Source: Pelagomonas calceolata
Lineage: Eukaryota
DNA: 64,000 bases
Direction of reading: 5' to 3'
Assembly: GCA_918797485.1 (NCBI GenBank)
Contig: CAKKNE010000004.1
Coordinates: 3,472,001-3,536,000 of the forward strand
The translations under genes were made by a program, and so were the position numbers. The notes below the pieces were generated by a model, which saw only the letters and a program-made list of their open reading frames with translations, was not told where the DNA came from and searched no databases. Shown here piece by piece: positions 40,101 through 49,531 of the stretch. Numbering within the stretch: position 1 is the stretch's first letter; every line of letters starts with the position of its first letter.

Positions 40101-41227
40101 AATAGTCTTTCAAGCCACGACGCCGCCGAGAGTCTAGGTGATAAAGCAGCACAACCACACACGACGCGCTGGCGCTCCTTGCGCCGTGCGGCCTCGTCCC
40201 GCAAGGGGTTGCGGTTCTCGGACGACGTCGACTGCGTGTCTCCATTCGTTGGCTCGCCATCACTGTCGTTGTCGTCCCCCTCTTCTGACAGGGGAGAGGG
40301 CTCCGGCGTCGCGTCCAGCAGCCACTGCGTCGTCGCTCCTAGTAAATGGCGCGCCGCGCGCCTTCTTATGCTATCGAGCGCGTCCGGCGCCGCGGCGAGC
40401 ACGGCCAGGGCGTTCGCGGCGAACTTGGCGACGCCGTGGCTCCTACATCTTTGCTCCATGCGCCAGCCGCAGCGCAGCGCGTGGCGCAGCGCGTCCACCA
40501 CGCGCGGCGCGCAATTGAGTCGCGACGCGGCGCCCGGCTCCGCTCCCAACAACTGGCCGCAGGCGAACGTCGCGCGGTCGTAGGCCTCGCGCAGCGGCGC
40601 GCAGTCCCTTAATACAACCAGATCGCACTCCAGCGTGCGGCAGAGGTACTCCAACAAAGCGTCGAGCGACTGCGCCCGTTCAGATACGGCCGCCGCCGTT
40701 AATCTTTCAGGCGCCTGGAGCAATTCGAAAAGACCTTCCACATCTAAGGAGGGAGACACGAGCATCGTCCTAAACACGGCCGCGCGCGCGGCCTGGGCGG
40801 GCTCCGTGTCCGCTCTCGCTTCGCAGCGCGCGAGCTCCTCCATCAACCGCACATTCCCAGGATCCTGTTTGAGGCCCGCCTCGTAGGACGCGCGCGCGTC
40901 GGCCCTTCTCCCAAGTCGCCACTCCGCCGCGCCTCTTCTGAGGTAGCCCTTGCCGAACGCCGGATCCAACCACAGGCACCGCTCGGCGTCGTCGAAGGCG
41001 TCCTCGGCGCGGTCTAGTTGTAAGAGAGTCGCGGAGCGGTTCGACCAGGTCGTCGCCTCCGTCGGATCGTGCAGGGCGCTCGCCGAGTAGTGGGTGAGGG
41101 CCTCCTCGAAGTCGCCGTTGGCGTAGGCCTCGTTCGCGCGCTTCCGCAGGGCCTCGGCCTTGGCGTCTTTTTGCGTCGTGCCGGGGTAGAGGTCGGGGTG
41201 GAGGATCGTGCGCGGCGCCGGCTTCAT
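37166..41227 (-). CDS. HECT E3 ubiquitin ligase with N-terminal TPRs and a PA-like domain
   Basis: TPRs (WSNRSA, KGYLRRG); EVRFKGE..G..VAREW; LLQFATGS.RVP.GGF; LPTAHAC (catalytic Cys). Confidence 0.92.
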   Translation of the reverse strand: MKPAPRTILHPDLYPGTTQKDAKAEALRKRANEAYANGDFEEALTHYSASALHDPTEATTWSNRSATLLQLDRAEDAFDDAERCLWLDPAFGKGYLRRGAAEWRLGRRADARASYEAGLKQDPGNVRLMEELARCEARADTEPAQAARAAVFRTMLVSPSLDVEGLFELLQAPERLTAAAVSERAQSLDALLEYLCRTLECDLVVLRDCAPLREAYDRATFACGQLLGAEPGAASRLNCAPRVVDALRHALRCGWRMEQRCRSHGVAKFAANALAVLAAAPDALDSIRRRAARHLLGATTQWLLDATPEPSPLSEEGDDNDSDGEPTNGDTQSTSSENRNPLRDEAARRKERQRVVCGCAALSPRLSAASWLERLFERGAQPWVRDECEHFRDAELLALHLCVVVRDERAPPLGLPGVIKACGDRLMSSTLEADAFVRPGWRWDAAIRVARRGGIEEEPEESEQRGDEESDEKLARRLQRRFDDEAVQRARSDANGPPAARLGEWLAASLGYLLLFVDGDDLFCAHACGALSKLASIDASRVSAGVWCGVPLLEKLAAAACKETRAVGVLEALTSHAPARAAMLSLAAALAGDVEEEDVPDVDAPPPPPSETVPDDPIEEVVLAAEVINQEPEHDEAEGRAPTPSWADYFHELRGTLGIGGPTKATLEDMVLLANFDQSAAELPVSGELTATFSDGSSLKLAAVPASWNERFADAVATQTISSDQSAPIGSEDWQVQDGSAVIVDRSHIRKSPKAPDWATAVRLSEEAGASVVVVINDLFDDGLARPAFRMGVFGASPPPIGGFMVCGADGELLKKQCQEKTLTKFEVSTIRNTNRSENASPLRAAPLWPLRGVPKDASQAWALAEVVYRSKPSPTLNDDLKALTQRMTAAEKRVWLARRLQRCHRPLHDDDERALAFVECDRHAPQLEQLRTQKKDVTGLFAEDVTGDFEVRFKGESAVGSAVAREWMDLLARRAFIRGGGSLLRTCDGGRSFIPNAASMYGNPHWEGDFEALGRLFGLAVWQQVTLDLPLHSYVCAWLLNDGEPPSEGDLESLDPQLAASMAWIENNDVEGLELDFTDGLDHTEHDAGDDDGEEDVSPMEGAPRTFALADVLGASDEARAVAPGSRVELVEGGEDKAVTSDTRNEFVKTMRDYRLRGSLREPIQAMARGLRTVMPSEVLRDARRMLSPLDFCRLLSGLRGVDVADWRRHTRYAGGLQPDAKEVKLFWNVVEGWSKTHPKRLHGLLQFATGSRRVPVGGFAHLVGLNGGRHPFTLHAGRHLPPGALPTAHACVCTIDVPAFVDFEAASQKLVQCVDLGTRRFDEHETHESSDDEEPRTESDEDSSVEELDLS

Positions 41228-41401
41228 TTGTCGCTGCGATTTTTGCCAGTGGTAGTGTACTCGCTTAGAGATGGCCGGTGCGCGGTGAGAGATGCGCTGC
41301 GCTGTGTGTGATCAGCCAAGGCCCTCGCAGTCTCTTCTAATCCGTGGGTTACACAGCAGGGCTCGAGATTAGAGAGCTCGAGTCCACATCGATTGCAGCA
41401 T

Positions 41402-41425
41402 GCTAGTGTGTTACAGACCGCTAGC
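41402..41425 (+). promoter_or_regulatory. CTAG-bounded upstream motif
   Basis: gctagtgtgttacagaccgctagc upstream of the HECT gene. Confidence 0.7.
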
Positions 41426-41506
41426 TGCGCTGTTACGAAACGTCCTCGACCACCCTACACCCCCTTTGATTTTAATCTATCCGAATTCTTTATCCGAAGT
41501 GCCTAG

Positions 41507-41854
41507 CTACAGCCCGCCGCTGCCGAAGCCCGCGAGCACAAAAAAGTTGAACGCGATGAGCCCGAAGCCCACCAACGTGAGCGTCGTGGGATCGCCCTTG
41601 AGGAGCTCTTTCAAGTTGATCCCTTCGACGTCGTACTCGGGCTGCTCCGGGATTTCTAATTTGCGGTTGCCTTCGTCGTTCGACCCCGCGCGCAGCGCCG
41701 TCGATGGCGCGGCTGGCCGCCGGAGCGCAGAAATCGTGCAAGTGCTCAACGGCGCGACCGCGACCGCTTTGTGAGGCGCCGGCATCGATGCGCCGCGCAG
41801 CAGCGCATCACTGCATCCCAGCAGTGTGAGAGCAACACAGAGCTGTAACCGCAT
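41507..41854 (-). CDS. Small probable plastid membrane protein
   Basis: Bipartite-like leader MRLQLCVALTLLGCSDALL...ALRA; C-terminal TM LTLVGFGLIAFNFFVL. Confidence 0.65.
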   Translation of the reverse strand: MRLQLCVALTLLGCSDALLRGASMPAPHKAVAVAPLSTCTISALRRPAAPSTALRAGSNDEGNRKLEIPEQPEYDVEGINLKELLKGDPTTLTLVGFGLIAFNFFVLAGFGSGGL

Positions 41855-42074
41855 GGTACGTTCTCGCGTGCGCTGTCCTGTTATTGCTGGAATAGAGTCG
41901 CAGTGCTCTCCTCCAATCAATTCTCTCGACCAGTCCTGGTGTTTATGGCACCACTTGGCCCGATCAAATGCCCTCTCCTGCCCAAGTCTCGCAGGCGAAG
42001 TTGGGCTGGCCTTCGAAACGAGTCTTCCACGGCCATTCCCTCAGCCATGCACGAGTGGTATGAGGCGCGGACGT

Positions 42075-42096
42075 CTAGCGGCCGTAAGACACTAGC
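42075..42096 (-). promoter_or_regulatory. CTAG-bounded upstream motif
   Basis: ctagcggccgtaagacactagc between divergent genes. Confidence 0.7.
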
Positions 42097-42217
42097 ATCT
42101 TGCTCAAGTTTGCTAAGCTGGCATTTACGAGGCGTTTTGTGCATCGTTCTGCACTCCTCGGCGCTGGGCGTTGCTCACACGCTCAACTCCGATCACGCAA
42201 AGAAACTGCGTGCACCG

Positions 42218-44368
42218 ATGCGCCGCACCGCTGCGCGTTTAATGCTACTGCTGCGCGTGACTCGCGCCTTCCAAAGCAGTTTCGCGGCCACGACCCGCCG
42301 CAGCGTGTGCCGCAACGCTGCGACGATGCAAAACCCACTCCTCATCCAAGAGGGCCTGCCCAAATTCAAATCCATCGAGAGCAAGGACATCGAGCCCGGC
42401 ATCGCGAGCGTCCTCGACACGCTCGACAGCGACCTGAAGTCGCTCGAGGACGCCATCGACGGCACGTCGTCGTACGAGGCGACGATCGAAGCTTTGGAGA
42501 AGATCTCGGCGCCGCTCGGCTTCGCCTGGGGCGTCGTGGGCCACCTCGAGGGCGTGAAGAACTCGGACGCGCTGCGCGACGCCAAGGCGGCGATGCAGCC
42601 CAAGGTCGTCGGCGCGACGCAGAAGCTCGGCCAGTCGCGCAAGGTCTACGAGGCCCTCGAGGGCATCGCGGCGCGCGACGAGGTGCAGGGCGAGCGCAAG
42701 CGCATCGTCGACGCTTCTTTGAGAAGCATGCGCCTCGGCGGCGTGGCGCTCGAGGGCGAGGCCAAGGAGCAGTACAACGCGAACCAGGTCCGCCTGTCCG
42801 AGCTGTCGACGCAGTTCTCGAACAACGTGCTCGACGCGACGAAGGCCTTCGAGCTCGTGCTCACCGACGCGGCGGACGTTGAAGGGTTGCCGCCGTCGGC
42901 GCGCGCGGCCGCGGCCGAGAAGGCTTTATCGCTTAAGAAGTGCGAAAAAGCCGACGCCGAGAACGGCCCTTGGGTTTTGGGCTTGGATGCGCCCTCATAC
43001 ATCCCCGCGATGCAGCACCTAAAATCCTCGGCGCTCCGCGAGAAGCTGTACGCAGCGTTCGTCACGCGCGCCGGCGAGCAAAACGCACCGCTCATCGACG
43101 AGATCCTATCGTTAAAGCAGAAGCAGGCGAAGCTCCTGGGCTTCGAGTCGTATGCTGATGTGTCGCTGGCGTCGAAGATGGCGGCCAGCGTCGCGGAGAT
43201 CGAGGAGCTCCACGTGCTTCTCGCGGCGAAGGCGACGCCCGCGGCGCACCGCGAGCTCGCGGAGCTCAAGGAGTATGCCTCTTCGAAGGGCCACGAGGGC
43301 AACCTCGAGCACTGGGACGTGCCCTACTGGGCGGAGAGGCTCCGCGAGGAGCGCTTCGATTATAGCGACGAGGAGCTTCGGCCGTACTTTGCGCTGCCCG
43401 CCGTCTTAGATGGATTATTCCAACTGATCGAGCGCCTCTTCGGCGTCACGGTAGAAGCCGCGGACGGCAAGGCCGAGGTCTGGAACGACGACGTGCGCTT
43501 CTTCGAGGTCAAGGACGGCGACAAGGTCGTGGCGTCCTTCTACCTGGACCCCTACTCGCGGCCGGCGGACAAAAGAGGCGGCGCCTGGATGGACGTCTGC
43601 GTCGGCAAGTCCAAGGCGCTGAAGCGCGACGTGCCTACCGCCTACTTAACGTGCAACGGGTCGCCGCCCGTCGGCGACAAGCCCTCGCTCATGACGTTCG
43701 ACGAGGTCAATACTTTATATCATGAGATGGGCCACGGGCTCCAGCACATGCTCACCAAGGTCGAGGACGGCGACGCCGCGGGCATTAATGGAGTGGAGTG
43801 GGACGCCGTCGAGCTGCCGTCGCAGTTCATGGAGAACTGGTTGTTGGATCGCCCGACGCTCTACGGCTTCGCGAAGCACTACGAGACGGGCGAGCCGCTG
43901 CCCGACGAGTTTTATGATAAGCTGAAGGGCTCGAAGACGTACAACGCGGGCTTGGCCATGACGCGCCAGCTGGCCTTTGGTATGTTGGACGTCGAGCTCC
44001 ACAAGAACCCTCACCTCACGGAGCCGGTCTTCGACGTGCAGAAGCGCATCTTCGGCAAGTACTTAGCCATGGCGCCGCGCGACTACGACCGCTTCCTGTG
44101 CGCCTTCTCGCACATCTTCGCCGGCGGCTACTCGTGCGGCTACTACTCGTACAAGTGGGCCGAGGTGCTGTCGGCGGACGCCTTCGGCGCGTTCGAGGAG
44201 GCCGGCCTCGAGAACGAGGCCGCCGTCCGCGAGCTCGGCCAGCGGTTCCGCGACACGGTCCTCGCGTGCGGCGGCGGCACGCCGCCCGCGGAGGTGTTCG
44301 AGACGTTCCGCGGGCGCAAGCCGTCGCCCGAGGCGCTGATCCGCCACAGCGGCCTCGCCGACGAGTAA
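42218..44368 (+). CDS. prlC: Oligopeptidase A (M3A), organelle-targeted
   Basis: NPLL..GLPKF, FYLDPYSRPADKRGGAWM, HEMGH, EWDAVELPSQFMENW, FSHIFAGGY, YYSYKWAEVL. Confidence 0.95.
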   Translation: MRRTAARLMLLLRVTRAFQSSFAATTRRSVCRNAATMQNPLLIQEGLPKFKSIESKDIEPGIASVLDTLDSDLKSLEDAIDGTSSYEATIEALEKISAPLGFAWGVVGHLEGVKNSDALRDAKAAMQPKVVGATQKLGQSRKVYEALEGIAARDEVQGERKRIVDASLRSMRLGGVALEGEAKEQYNANQVRLSELSTQFSNNVLDATKAFELVLTDAADVEGLPPSARAAAAEKALSLKKCEKADAENGPWVLGLDAPSYIPAMQHLKSSALREKLYAAFVTRAGEQNAPLIDEILSLKQKQAKLLGFESYADVSLASKMAASVAEIEELHVLLAAKATPAAHRELAELKEYASSKGHEGNLEHWDVPYWAERLREERFDYSDEELRPYFALPAVLDGLFQLIERLFGVTVEAADGKAEVWNDDVRFFEVKDGDKVVASFYLDPYSRPADKRGGAWMDVCVGKSKALKRDVPTAYLTCNGSPPVGDKPSLMTFDEVNTLYHEMGHGLQHMLTKVEDGDAAGINGVEWDAVELPSQFMENWLLDRPTLYGFAKHYETGEPLPDEFYDKLKGSKTYNAGLAMTRQLAFGMLDVELHKNPHLTEPVFDVQKRIFGKYLAMAPRDYDRFLCAFSHIFAGGYSCGYYSYKWAEVLSADAFGAFEEAGLENEAAVRELGQRFRDTVLACGGGTPPAEVFETFRGRKPSPEALIRHSGLADE

Positions 44369-44450
44369 TTGTGAATATCTATCCTTTCGTCTCGTCGACG
44401 ACACCGTGATGAGTGCGTTTCTGTTACGGGCAGGACTAGTGGCGTTCAAT

Positions 44451-44482
44451 TGTTACGGTGCTAGGACTAGGGGGCGGAGCCC
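44451..44482 (+). repeat. Dispersed ~32-bp repeat, copy 3 (plus a partial copy at 44421-44444)
   Basis: tgttacggtgctaggactagggggcggagccc. Confidence 0.88.
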
Positions 44483-44503
44483 TGACTTTTTAAATTGAGC
44501 TGA

Positions 44504-44525
44504 GCTAGTGTATAACGGTACTAGC
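44504..44525 (+). promoter_or_regulatory. CTAG-bounded upstream motif (variant)
   Basis: gctagtgtataacggtactagc upstream of the kelch gene. Confidence 0.5.
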
Positions 44526-44740
44526 TGGCTCAAATCACGCAGAGCGTCACTCAGATCTCGTTCCTTTGCGCGGTTTCTGCCTTGATCGCGCAGCAGTTGC
44601 CTCACCTGAAGCCTATGCAGTGCGCCTGAGCAGCAGAGCGGTCGCAAATATCGCCTACATAGCCAAAAGCAGACTCAGATCAAAGGGCCTCCAGTGCTCC
44701 GAGTCGACGCACGTCGAACTGACGCTCAAAAACACACCCC

Positions 44741-45835
44741 ATGATGCGGATCCGACGATATCTCGCCCTGGGCGCACAAAGCTGCGTCGGCGGTGCGCGT
44801 GCCCTGTCCGACGCGGCGTCCTTGTCCCTGCCTCGCCGTCGATGCATCTCGTGTCGATGCAACTCGTGACTATCTCGTCCGCACAGGTCGTGGCAGGCCG
44901 CCGGCAAAGGCCCGAAGGTCTCCGGCGCGGCCAGCGCCTCGCTGAAGGACGGTCGAGTACTGCTGTGGGGCGGCCTGGACGAGGCGCGCAACGCCGTTGA
45001 CAGCCTGTACGCCTTCGAGAACGGCGAGTGGACTCCGGTCGAGACGACGGGCTTCAAGCCCCAAAAGGCCATGTACGCGGCGGCGGCCACGCAATCTTTA
45101 GTCGGCACGAGCGGCAAGGAGGAGTTTGTGGTCTGCGGGGGCTGGGACCCGGGCGAGAAGGGCTCGGGCGGGTCCTTCAGCGACGCCGTCCACGCGCTCG
45201 ACGTGAACAAGCTCGAGTGGCAGAAGGACGACCCCCTGCCGTGCGGCCCCGTGTCGCGGCACGCCGCCGCGACGGTCGGCGGCAGCGCCGAGGGCCGCAT
45301 CTACATCCACGCGTTCCGGGACGGGGTGGTACGGCGCGACGCGTGCGGCATCGCCAAGTCGCACAAGACGACGGGCCGGGGCCCGGAGAGCCTGTCGATG
45401 TGCGCCGTGGCGCCGGTGGGCGACGCGGGCTTGCTGGTCGTCGGCGGCGCGACCAAGAACGGCGAGTTCTCCGACCGGGCGTACGTGCTGGACACGAAGT
45501 CCTACGAGTGGACGGAGCTCGACGCCCCGGACGGCCCCACGGCGCGGGGATCGGCGTGCTGCGCCGCGCTCGACGCCAGCCGGGTCGTCTTCTTCGGCGG
45601 CGCGGGCAAGGGCACGGACTCGCCCGGCTCCGGCGGCCTCAAAGCGACGGCCGAGACCTGGCTCCTGACGGTGGACGGCGCCAAGGGCACGTGGGAGCAG
45701 CTTGACGTCGCCGGGCCGGCGGCGCGCGTCGCCGCGACGCTCGACGCGCTCCCGGACGGGCGCGTCCTTCTGAGCGGCGGCTGGGACCCGGCGACGGGCG
45801 GCACCTTCGACGACGTCTGGGCCCTCGCGCTCTGA
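44741..45835 (+). CDS. Kelch-repeat protein; probable exons 44741-44817, 44887-45835
   Basis: Repeated VLLWGG/VVCGG/LVVGG/VFFGG/LLSGG..W blades. The frame extends upstream of 45071 to an acceptor ccgcacag (44886); an in-frame TGA at 44867 lies in the inferred intron. Donor uncertain. Confidence 0.8.
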
Positions 45836-45890
45836 GGTTGGCTTTGTTCCCTTGTCCTATAAATTTCCTACAGAATTAGTCACACAGAAC

Positions 45891-47414
45891 CTAGGGGGGA
45901 TGGACGCACGACGTCCCGTTGCGCGCCAGCGCGCGCCGCTGGCGCCGCGACAGGTCCAGACGGTAGCCGTGCATGTTGTCGCCGTCGGCGCAGGCGGCGC
46001 CGGGACGGGACGCGACGTTCAGGCACCGGACGACGTTCGAGCAGCCGGGCACGCTCCTCACATCTATCCCCGTCGCGACGACGCCGCAGGGCCTGGACTG
46101 CGAGCAGTGGAGCATCGCGGCGACGCCGGACGTGTGCCAGCCCGTGAGGCCCGACACGGTCACGTCCGACACCGCGACGGCGTCCGTCTCGTTCGCGCAC
46201 GTGCCGCGGTGCTGGCTCGCGGGGCAGTAGAACTGGTCCACGACCAACGGCTGGCCCACGGCGCGCACGTCGAGGTTCGAAAACGTGACGTTGCGCACGT
46301 GGCCGCGGCCGCCCTGCCACGTCTTCACGCGGGCCGCGTTCGACGTCCGATAGAAGCGGACGTTCGCTAATAAAACATCCTCGACGGACTGCTCCGTGTG
46401 GCGTTCGCCGAGGCTTCCAATCGATAGCCCGTGGCCCTTGTGGAAGAGGCCCCCCAGCACCTGGACGCGCCGCGAGCCCTCCTTGATGGCCACGTTGTCG
46501 TCTCCCGTCGAGACGTGGCACTTGCTGATGGTGACGTCGGACGAGGCCAACACATCAATACCGTCCGTGTTCACGGATCCCGACGGCGTCGCGACGCGGA
46601 GGCGGTCCAGCTTGATGCGCTCCGAGTCCAGCACGACCACGTGGTAAAACGGCGACTCGACGAGGGACAGGTAGCGGACGACGCAGTCGCTCGATTCCCG
46701 AATCACGAGCAGCGCCGGCGCTCGTATCTCGGGCCTCCGTTTGCGGCGCCGCCACCACGGCTGGCCGCGGCCCTCGATCGCGCCGGAGCCCGATATGACG
46801 AGGGACCGGCAGTACCGCAGCTCGAGGAACGCGTACCGCATACGCTGGCGCTCCGCCGACAACGACGCGTCCTCCTGCGGCGGCCGGGGCCAGCGCTCCA
46901 TCACGGGCGCCCGCACCGTGCCGTCGATGCGGATCTCCAGCTCGCTCTCCTCGACCAGCGCTATTGGCGACAGCAAAAAGGTATGCCCCGCGGGCAGGAG
47001 CACGACAGCCCTTTTCACGCCGCGCGCCGCGGCGACGGCGGCCTCGAACGCGGCCTTGTCGTCCGCGACGCCGTCGCCCTTGGCGCCGTGGTCCATGACG
47101 CTAATCACCGTGCGTTGCGTGGACGCCGCCTTCGCCTGGGCCGCGCGCTCGCGCTCGCCGTCGTGCTCGCGCGCGTCCTTTGCGTACGCCGCGTCCGCGC
47201 CGGCGACCCACTTCCGCTTCTGGTTCATGATCTCGAGCTGCGCCGGCGTCGGCGGCGGCGGTGGCGGACGCGGCCAGCGGTCCGCCAGGGGCACCGTGCG
47301 GTTCGGCTGCAGGCGGTCGAACGCTTGCGCCCACGGGCGGCGCCGGCGCGGGCGCCCCCAGGCTGCCGAGGCTAGTGTTGCGCACACCAGCGCTGGAACA
47401 AGGCATTTGCGCAT
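45891..47414 (-). CDS. GH28 polygalacturonase-like, paralog A
   Basis: Signal peptide; GAKGDG, NTDG, GDDN, GHG.SIGSLG, RVKTW. Confidence 0.92.
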   Translation of the reverse strand: MRKCLVPALVCATLASAAWGRPRRRRPWAQAFDRLQPNRTVPLADRWPRPPPPPPTPAQLEIMNQKRKWVAGADAAYAKDAREHDGERERAAQAKAASTQRTVISVMDHGAKGDGVADDKAAFEAAVAAARGVKRAVVLLPAGHTFLLSPIALVEESELEIRIDGTVRAPVMERWPRPPQEDASLSAERQRMRYAFLELRYCRSLVISGSGAIEGRGQPWWRRRKRRPEIRAPALLVIRESSDCVVRYLSLVESPFYHVVVLDSERIKLDRLRVATPSGSVNTDGIDVLASSDVTISKCHVSTGDDNVAIKEGSRRVQVLGGLFHKGHGLSIGSLGERHTEQSVEDVLLANVRFYRTSNAARVKTWQGGRGHVRNVTFSNLDVRAVGQPLVVDQFYCPASQHRGTCANETDAVAVSDVTVSGLTGWHTSGVAAMLHCSQSRPCGVVATGIDVRSVPGCSNVVRCLNVASRPGAACADGDNMHGYRLDLSRRQRRALARNGTSCVHPP

Positions 47415-47508
47415 TTTTTTCTTGCCTTTCAGACGCGTGGCGATACACATTGATCATCCATGGAACTTTTGAGGTCCAATTTGTAAGCCTTCGGCGCAAA
47501 GCGTGAAA

Positions 47509-47536
47509 GTATGGTATGGTATGGTATGGGATGGTA
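47509..47536. repeat. (GTATG)n microsatellite
   Basis: gtatggtatggtatggtatgggatggta. Confidence 0.85.
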
Positions 47537-47746
47537 CCTTAGGGCATGCTAGGCCCACTTATTTTTTTTACTTCCTACTACCGGTGACCCACCTCAAATT
47601 ATTGGCACATAAAAGGAGATACCCATCTGGCTATAAAAAAAATAGTAGGTGGTAGGCAGGCGGGGGTGGCATTGTCGCTGTGATCGTCGGACGCGCGAGG
47701 ACATATACTACAAAGACTCCTTACACACAAACAGAGCAACCCATCA

Positions 47747-49267
47747 TCAGGGATGCGCACTCGTATGAACGCACGGCACGTCGCCCAACGCCTCCGTCAT
47801 CGGCCGCGTGATGTCCAGCCGGAAGCCGTGCATGTTGTCGCCGTCGGCGCAGGCGGCGCCCGGACGGGGCACGACGTTCAGGCACCGGACGACGTTCGAG
47901 CAGCCGGGCACGCTCCTCACATCTATCCCCGTCGCGACGACGCCGCACGGCGTCGACTGCGAGCAGTGGAGCATCGCGGCGACGCCGGACGTTTGCCATC
48001 CGACGATACCGGACACTTTCACGTCCGACACCGCGACGGCGTCCGTCTCGTTCGCACAGACCCCGGGATGCTGACTCTCGGGGCAGTAGAATTGATCGAG
48101 CACGAGCGGATGGTAAACGCCGCGCACGTCGAGGTTCGAGAACGTGACGTTGCGCACGCGGCCGCGGCCACCCTGCCACGTCTTCACGCGGGCCGCGTTC
48201 GACGTCCGATAGAAGCGGACGTTCGCGATCAAGACGTCCTCCACGGACTGCTCCGTGTGGCGCTCGCCGAGGCTTCCAATCGATAGTCCGTGGCCCTTGT
48301 GGAAGAGGCCCCCCAGCACCTGGACGCGCCGCGAGCCCTCCTTGATGGCCACGTTGTCGTCTCCCGTCGAGACGTGGCACTTGCTGATGGTGACGTCGGA
48401 CGAGGCCAGCACGTCGACGCCGTCCGTGTTGACGCTCCCGGGCGGCGTCGCAATACGCAGTCGGTCCAGGGTGACGCGCTCCGAGTCCAGCACGACCACG
48501 TGATAAAACGGCGACTCGACCAGAGACAGGTACCGCACGGCGCAGTCGCGCGATTCCCGAATCACCAGCAGCGCCGGCGCCCGGACCTCGGGTCGTACCT
48601 TCCTCAGCGCCCACCACGGCTGGCCCTGCCCTTGGATGGTCCCGCGCCCCGATATGACGATAGCACGGCAGCGCCTCAGTTCCAGAAACGCGTACCGCAT
48701 ACGCTGCCGCTCCGCCGACAACGCGGAATCCTCCCGCGGCGGCGGCGGCCAGCGTTCCATGGGAGGCGCCCGCACCGTGCCGTCGATGCGGATCTCCAGG
48801 TCGGTCTCATCGACCAGCTCTATTGGCGACAGCAAAAAGGTATGGCCCGCGGGCAAATGCACGACTGCATTTGTCTTGCCCCGCGCCGCGGCGACGGCAG
48901 CTTCGAAAGCAGCTCTGTCGTCCACGACGCCGTCGCCCTTGGCGCCGTGGTCCATGACGCTAATCATCGCCGTGTGACTGCTCCCGGCTGCCCGTGCGCG
49001 CTCTTCGTCGTGCGCGCGCGCGTCCTTGGCATACGCCGCGTCCGCCTTGGCGAGCCACTGCTGCGTCCGATCGGCGATTTCCACGATCTTCTGCTTGTAA
49101 GAGTCCACGAGATCCTCCATGCCCGCATCGCGCGACACTTTGAGGATCAAGTCTTTTCGCGTGACCCGATCTCTGGCGCGGACCAGGACCGTGTCGCGCT
49201 GCTCGTGGTTGTGCGGGCGCGCTGCTGCTGCGGCGACGGCCACCAGCGTTAGCGCTCTATGCATCAT
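47747..49267 (-). CDS. GH28 polygalacturonase-like, paralog B (tandem duplicate)
   Basis: Same motifs as paralog A, with long near-identical DNA tracts. Confidence 0.92.
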   Translation of the reverse strand: MMHRALTLVAVAAAAARPHNHEQRDTVLVRARDRVTRKDLILKVSRDAGMEDLVDSYKQKIVEIADRTQQWLAKADAAYAKDARAHDEERARAAGSSHTAMISVMDHGAKGDGVVDDRAAFEAAVAAARGKTNAVVHLPAGHTFLLSPIELVDETDLEIRIDGTVRAPPMERWPPPPREDSALSAERQRMRYAFLELRRCRAIVISGRGTIQGQGQPWWALRKVRPEVRAPALLVIRESRDCAVRYLSLVESPFYHVVVLDSERVTLDRLRIATPPGSVNTDGVDVLASSDVTISKCHVSTGDDNVAIKEGSRRVQVLGGLFHKGHGLSIGSLGERHTEQSVEDVLIANVRFYRTSNAARVKTWQGGRGRVRNVTFSNLDVRGVYHPLVLDQFYCPESQHPGVCANETDAVAVSDVKVSGIVGWQTSGVAAMLHCSQSTPCGVVATGIDVRSVPGCSNVVRCLNVVPRPGAACADGDNMHGFRLDITRPMTEALGDVPCVHTSAHP

Positions 49268-49345
49268 TGTTTTGCTGCTATCTGCGGCATCGATAACAAC
49301 AGGGGCCGTGCCTTTGCGCCTGTCTCGTCTCGACCGAGCAGATTA

Positions 49346-49368
49346 GCTAGCGTCCTGTAAGACACTAG
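49346..49368 (-). promoter_or_regulatory. CTAG-bounded upstream motif
   Basis: gctagcgtcctgtaagacactag between divergent genes. Confidence 0.7.
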
Positions 49369-49531
49369 AAAAATTAGAAGCCTCGAGCTCCTTGGGAGCG
49401 GCACGTGGATCTCCGGCTGCGCGACCCTCTTCGCAAACGTTGTCGTGGTACCGAGGACACGCTCGCTTCTAACTCGCAGGATCGCCGCCTAGAAGAGGCA
49501 GCCCAAGCCCCAGAGACCCTACGCCAGGAGT

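Noticed and set aside
47536..47680. AT-rich spacer between the GH28 paralogs as a possible MITE
   Set aside because: Only short imperfect inverted matches; no convincing TIR or TSD.
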